Origin: Sarea resinae
Taxonomy: Eukaryota
Direction of reading: 5' to 3'
Assembly: GCA_026026165.1 (NCBI GenBank)
Contig: JAPEUD010000019.1
Location: 186,001 to 250,000 of the forward strand
Length of the DNA stretch: 64,000 nt
The translations under genes were made by a program, and so were the position numbers. Under the pieces are notes generated by a model. The model made no database searches. It had not been told where the DNA came from and saw nothing but the letters and a program-made list of their open reading frames with translations. Positions 62,448 through 64,000 of this stretch are shown here, piece by piece. The stretch's first letter is position 1. Every line of letters begins with the position of its first letter.

Positions 62448-64000
62448 ATGTCTATGACTATTGAGGAGCTGGACACCACTGTCCGGTCCTTTTACGAGGG
62501 CAGAGGTGATGTGGTATGTGGATGTTGCCCATTTGCCTCCCTGATATTGCTATTAGCTACGTGGCAACGGTGCTGATTCTTGATGTACAGCAAAAGCAAG
62601 CTCAGGCTACTCTGAATCAGGTACGACCATCCGCCGTGCATCGAATAATAGTCCTCGTCATGCTGACATCGTATCTAGTTCAAGGAGAATCCGGATGCCT
62701 GGCTGCTCGTGGATAAGATATTACAGGAGGCCACATATCCGCAGACAAAGTGTAAGTTGGCCTCGTATTGTGCGATCCGGGAGACCATATTTGTTAACCT
62801 GTGGTAGACTTAGGACTGCAGGTCCTGGACAATGTGATCATGACGAGATGGAAAGTTTTGCCACGCGAGCAGTGCCAGGGTCTGTAGAAACCTCCATCGA
62901 GACCGCAGTCATGTCCATACTGATCCGTTCTCAAGGTATCCGTAACTTTGTCGTCAATTTCATCATCCAGAGCTCGAGCTCCGAAGAGTCGTTGCGGAGT
63001 CAACGCACCCTTCTAAACAAGCTCAATCTCGTCTTGGTATCTATACTCAAACAAGAATGGCCCCATCATTGGCCGACGTTCATCAATGAGATCATATCGT
63101 CTTGCCACACGAGCCTGTCGATATGCGAAAACAATATGGCTATTCTAAGATTACTATCGGAAGAGGTGTTTGACTACTCAGCCGACCAGATGACATCTGC
63201 GAAGACCAAAAATCTGAAGACCACGATGTGTGCCGAGTTTTCGGCCATCTTTCAGTTATGCTCTGAAGTTCTTACCACCGCAAACCAGGCCAGTCTCATC
63301 AAAGCGACACTGGAGACGTTGCTCAGATTCTTGAATTGGATTCCGCTTGGATACATATTCGAGACTCCAATCATTGAAACGTTGCGAAGCCGGTTTCTCG
63401 AAACACCAGAGTTTCGCAATATCACTCTGAAATGTCTTACGGAGATAGGAGGCCTGCAGATCGGACCTCAGTACTCGTACGACGAGAAGCTTGTGCAGAT
63501 GTTCACCGAGGTCTTGACGTCTATCTCCAAGATCATACCGTTAACTTTAGATCTAAAGGTCACTTATGCTTCAAGTAATTCCAGGGATCAAGAGTTCGTG
63601 CAAAATCTAGCGCTGTTCCTTTGCAATTTCTTTACTGTCCACCTCGGCGTAAGTGCCAGCATTCCAACAACACTCGACTTCTCTAACTATCTGACTAGCT
63701 CATCGAAAACCTCCCTAATCGGGACTATCTTACACACGCGCATTTCTATCTTATCCGGATAAGCCAAATTGATGACCGAGAAATTTTCAAGATCTGCTTG
63801 GAGTACTGGAGCAAACTCGTCAAGGAGCTATATGAGGAGATGCAACAGCTGCCTATTACCGATCTGAACCCTCTGGTCAACATGGGCGTCAGTGGCCTCT
63901 CCAATAGCGGTGCACCTCACCCAACCGTGCTCGCCAACTACCCACTCCGCAAGCACAAATATAGTGAGGTTCTATCAAACCTGCGACAAGTCATGATCGA
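62448..64000 (+). CDS. CRM1: Exportin-1 (CRM1/Xpo1), 5' part, truncated by the window end
   Basis: Exons 62448-62513, 62591-62620, 62679-62751, 62808-62879, 62936-63648, 63699->64000. FKENPDAWLLVDKIL, LKQEWPHHWPTFI, CENNMAILRLLSEEVFD, FLNWIPLGYIFET, EIFKICLEYW. Confidence 0.97.

Noticed and set aside
1..64000. Transposons, tRNA or rRNA genes
   Set aside because: No transposase/RT ORF, terminal repeats, cloverleaf or rRNA signature could be identified by eye.

Overview
This is eukaryotic DNA from a filamentous ascomycete (Pezizomycotina-like: short GT-AG introns with CTRAC/CTAAC branch sites, microsatellite-rich intergenic DNA). The GTG/TTG-start ORF track is therefore often misleading, and gene models were rebuilt by hand from splice signals and frame checks. 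Recognisable genes: a JmjC + Cys-rich zinc-finger protein (DMM-1-like), a secreted arylsulfotransferase-family protein, a Cys-rich GPI/membrane protein, BUD6/AIP3, PBP1/ataxin-2, VPS29, alanine-glyoxylate aminotransferase (AGX1), a Lys-rich hypothetical protein, an Ecl1-family protein alone in a ~17 kb gene desert, a PAP2 lipid-phosphatase-family gene, and the 5' part of CRM1/exportin-1. Most interesting observations: (1) five small paralogs in two local clusters share the N-terminal signature M-C-x6-Y-x(1-2)-C-x-H...C...C...C-x2-C; a sixth copy between two of them is interrupted only by TAG stops, and a CTGTTCA/TGAACAG element recurs upstream of them; (2) AGX1 has an AUG-free, in-frame upstream extension with a consensus PTS2 (RLSLISRHL) just after a CUG in strong Kozak context, suggesting a non-AUG-initiated peroxisomal isoform. 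No tRNA, rRNA, CRISPR array or intact transposon could be supported. All family assignments come from recalled motifs, not database searches.
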